From positions 1-39,589 of the forward strand of contig JBHHUC010000014.1 of the NCBI GenBank assembly GCA_046861395.1: 39,589 nt of DNA, given 5' to 3'. The notes beneath the pieces are model-generated. The model had not been told where the DNA came from. It saw only the letters and a program-made list of their open reading frames with translations, and did not search any database. The position numbers and the translations under genes were made by a program. Each line of letters starts with the position of its first letter. The first letter of the stretch is position 1. This DNA is from Fidelibacterota bacterium (GTDB lineage Bacteria > Fidelibacterota > Marinisomatia > Marinisomatales > JABMOV01). Positions 38,221-39,589 of this stretch are shown here, piece by piece.

Positions 38221-39372
38221 ATGTTCGCACCTGCCATCCCACGCCGATTCCTGGGTCTGCTCCTGCTCCTGAGCGGATGCAGTCCCAAATATCATGTGGA
38301 TGTTACCGTGAAGGCACCGCCGCACACTAGTCGCGTTGTCATGGTTGGCAACACCGCTGAGCTGGGAAACTGGGATCCGGCTGAGGCACCGCGGCTGGAA
38401 CAAGATTCCGATACCACCTTCCAGGTGACACTCGTGATCAGACAACCTCAGATCGAATATAAATTCACTCGCGGATCCTGGGAGACGGAAGCATTGCAGG
38501 CCGATTCATCCATTCCGGGAAATTATAGCGCAAACTTATCCCCGCAGACTACGCTGGCCCATTCCATTCCCCTGTGGCGGGACGATATTGGTCCATTATC
38601 CGTGGATCGCTTGAAGGGAATCACTGGTACCGTCGAGGTATATGACAGTGTTTATTCTCCACAACTGGATAATTATCGTACCGTTACTGTCTGGCTGCCG
38701 CCTTCCTATTACGGCACATCCTACAACCATTATCCCGTCCTTTATTTACAGGATGGACAAAATGTATTTTCGTCAGCCCTGTCACTTTCCCACGAAGAAT
38801 GGGCCCTGGATGAAACAGCCATGGATTTGATCAACCGGGGGCAAATGGCAGAAATCATCATGGTGGCTATCGATCATGGGGCCGATCGCACAGGTGAATA
38901 CAGTCCGGCTCACCGGGGAAATGATTACAGCGCATTTCTGATCCGGACGGTAAAACCATGGATCGACACCACATACCGGACCAGACCGGGGGCGGAGCAT
39001 ACGGCGGTCATGGGTTCGTCCATGGGCGGAATCATTGCCTTTCACCTGGCCTGGGAATATCCTAACGTATTCGGTATGGCGGCCGGATTGTCACCGGCCT
39101 TTCTGGTGGATGACAGTGAAATCGTCCGCCGCGTCCAGACCGGTTCGCTTCCCGATCCCCGGCCGTTTTTCATTATTTACAATGGAACGGAAGAATTGGA
39201 AGCACGGCTGCAGCCGGCTATTACTGCGCTGGTAGAGGCACTGGAAAGCCGGGGATTTGATCGTGACCGAGACTTTCGCTATCAGATTTTCACCGGTGCA
39301 TTGCACACCGAGGCGGCCTGGGCGGAACAATCCCGGTCAGTTTTACTCGCTTTTTTCGGTAACAAGAAATAA
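38221..39372 (+). CDS. Lipoprotein: CBM20-like module plus alpha/beta-hydrolase (putative esterase)
   Basis: Lipobox LSGC; VGN..ELGNWDP...IEYKFTRGSWET; VWLPPSY, YPVLYLQDGQN, GSSMGG, HTEAAW. Confidence 0.88.
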   Translation: MFAPAIPRRFLGLLLLLSGCSPKYHVDVTVKAPPHTSRVVMVGNTAELGNWDPAEAPRLEQDSDTTFQVTLVIRQPQIEYKFTRGSWETEALQADSSIPGNYSANLSPQTTLAHSIPLWRDDIGPLSVDRLKGITGTVEVYDSVYSPQLDNYRTVTVWLPPSYYGTSYNHYPVLYLQDGQNVFSSALSLSHEEWALDETAMDLINRGQMAEIIMVAIDHGADRTGEYSPAHRGNDYSAFLIRTVKPWIDTTYRTRPGAEHTAVMGSSMGGIIAFHLAWEYPNVFGMAAGLSPAFLVDDSEIVRRVQTGSLPDPRPFFIIYNGTEELEARLQPAITALVEALESRGFDRDRDFRYQIFTGALHTEAAWAEQSRSVLLAFFGNKK

Positions 39373-39419
39373 TCATACGCTAAACATTTATTTTTATTTC
39401 ACGGTGAAAAACCATTTCT

Positions 39420-39427
39420 TAACTTTG
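39420..39427 (+). promoter_or_regulatory. Candidate promoter element upstream of the tRNA-like sequence
   Basis: TAACTTTG matches the Bacteroidota TAnnTTTG element and is followed by GC-rich CGCCCGCC, as in stable-RNA promoters. Confidence 0.45.
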
Positions 39428-39453
39428 CGCCCGCCTTTTTGGTGGATAATGTT

Positions 39454-39566
39454 GACTCCGTAGCTTCCCGATGGGTCGGGAGTAGAGCAGTGGCCTTTTC
39501 CCGCCTGCGTTATTACTTCGGCAGGTAAAAAGCCAGGAGCCGACAGTTTGAATCTGCCCGGGGTCA
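39454..39566 (+). pseudogene. Degenerate tRNA-Lys(TTT)-like gene with hairpin insertions in the D-arm and anticodon loop
   Basis: Acceptor GACTCCG/CGGGGTC plus A; TA-GCT...GTAGAGC-A; anticodon arm TGGC-CTTTT[insert]AA-GCCA; T-arm GACAG-TTTGAAT-CTGCC (one mismatch, TTC changed to TTT). Confidence 0.7.
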
Positions 39567-39589
39567 TATACCTGCTACTTTGAAAAATT

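Overview
Bacterial genomic window with no CRISPR array, rRNA, transposase or integrase that I could recognise. T9SS-type C-terminal sorting domains, a PorV-like gene and a TAnnTTTG promoter motif suggest an FCB-affiliated lineage such as Marinimicrobia, Calditrichota or KSB1 (inference). Left to right: (1) 1-8.8 kb, visibly more AT-rich: a minus-strand Qrc/ACIII-like redox operon (pentaheme cytochrome c, Tat-exported molybdopterin-oxidoreductase-like subunit, 4Fe-4S protein, NrfD-type membrane subunit, small membrane protein) extended by two paralogous tetraheme cytochromes, next to a 97-bp-period repeat containing tRNA-like 5' ends. (2) DUF971, bifunctional sat/cysC and a FetAB-like ABC pair. 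(3) A TrmB-family regulator divergent from an alpha-glucan utilisation locus that has no SusD: GH13, parvulin lipoprotein, TonB-dependent receptor, 1389-aa secreted protein, PorV-like barrel, multi-CBM T9SS protein and two SGNH-TPR proteins. A shared GTAACTCA-N4-TGAGT(T/C)AC palindrome lies in both of its promoter regions. (4) An ASPIC/UnbV protein divergent from a three-gene unit: TlpA, an outer-membrane barrel with an in-frame TGA followed by a SECIS-like hairpin (candidate selenoprotein whose N-terminus the ORF track misses), and a beta-propeller lipoprotein. (5) A carbamoyltransferase/SxtJ/DUF5989 trio, a CBM20-esterase, and a degenerate tRNA-Lys carrying two hairpin insertions. All family calls come from motif recognition by eye; no searches were run.
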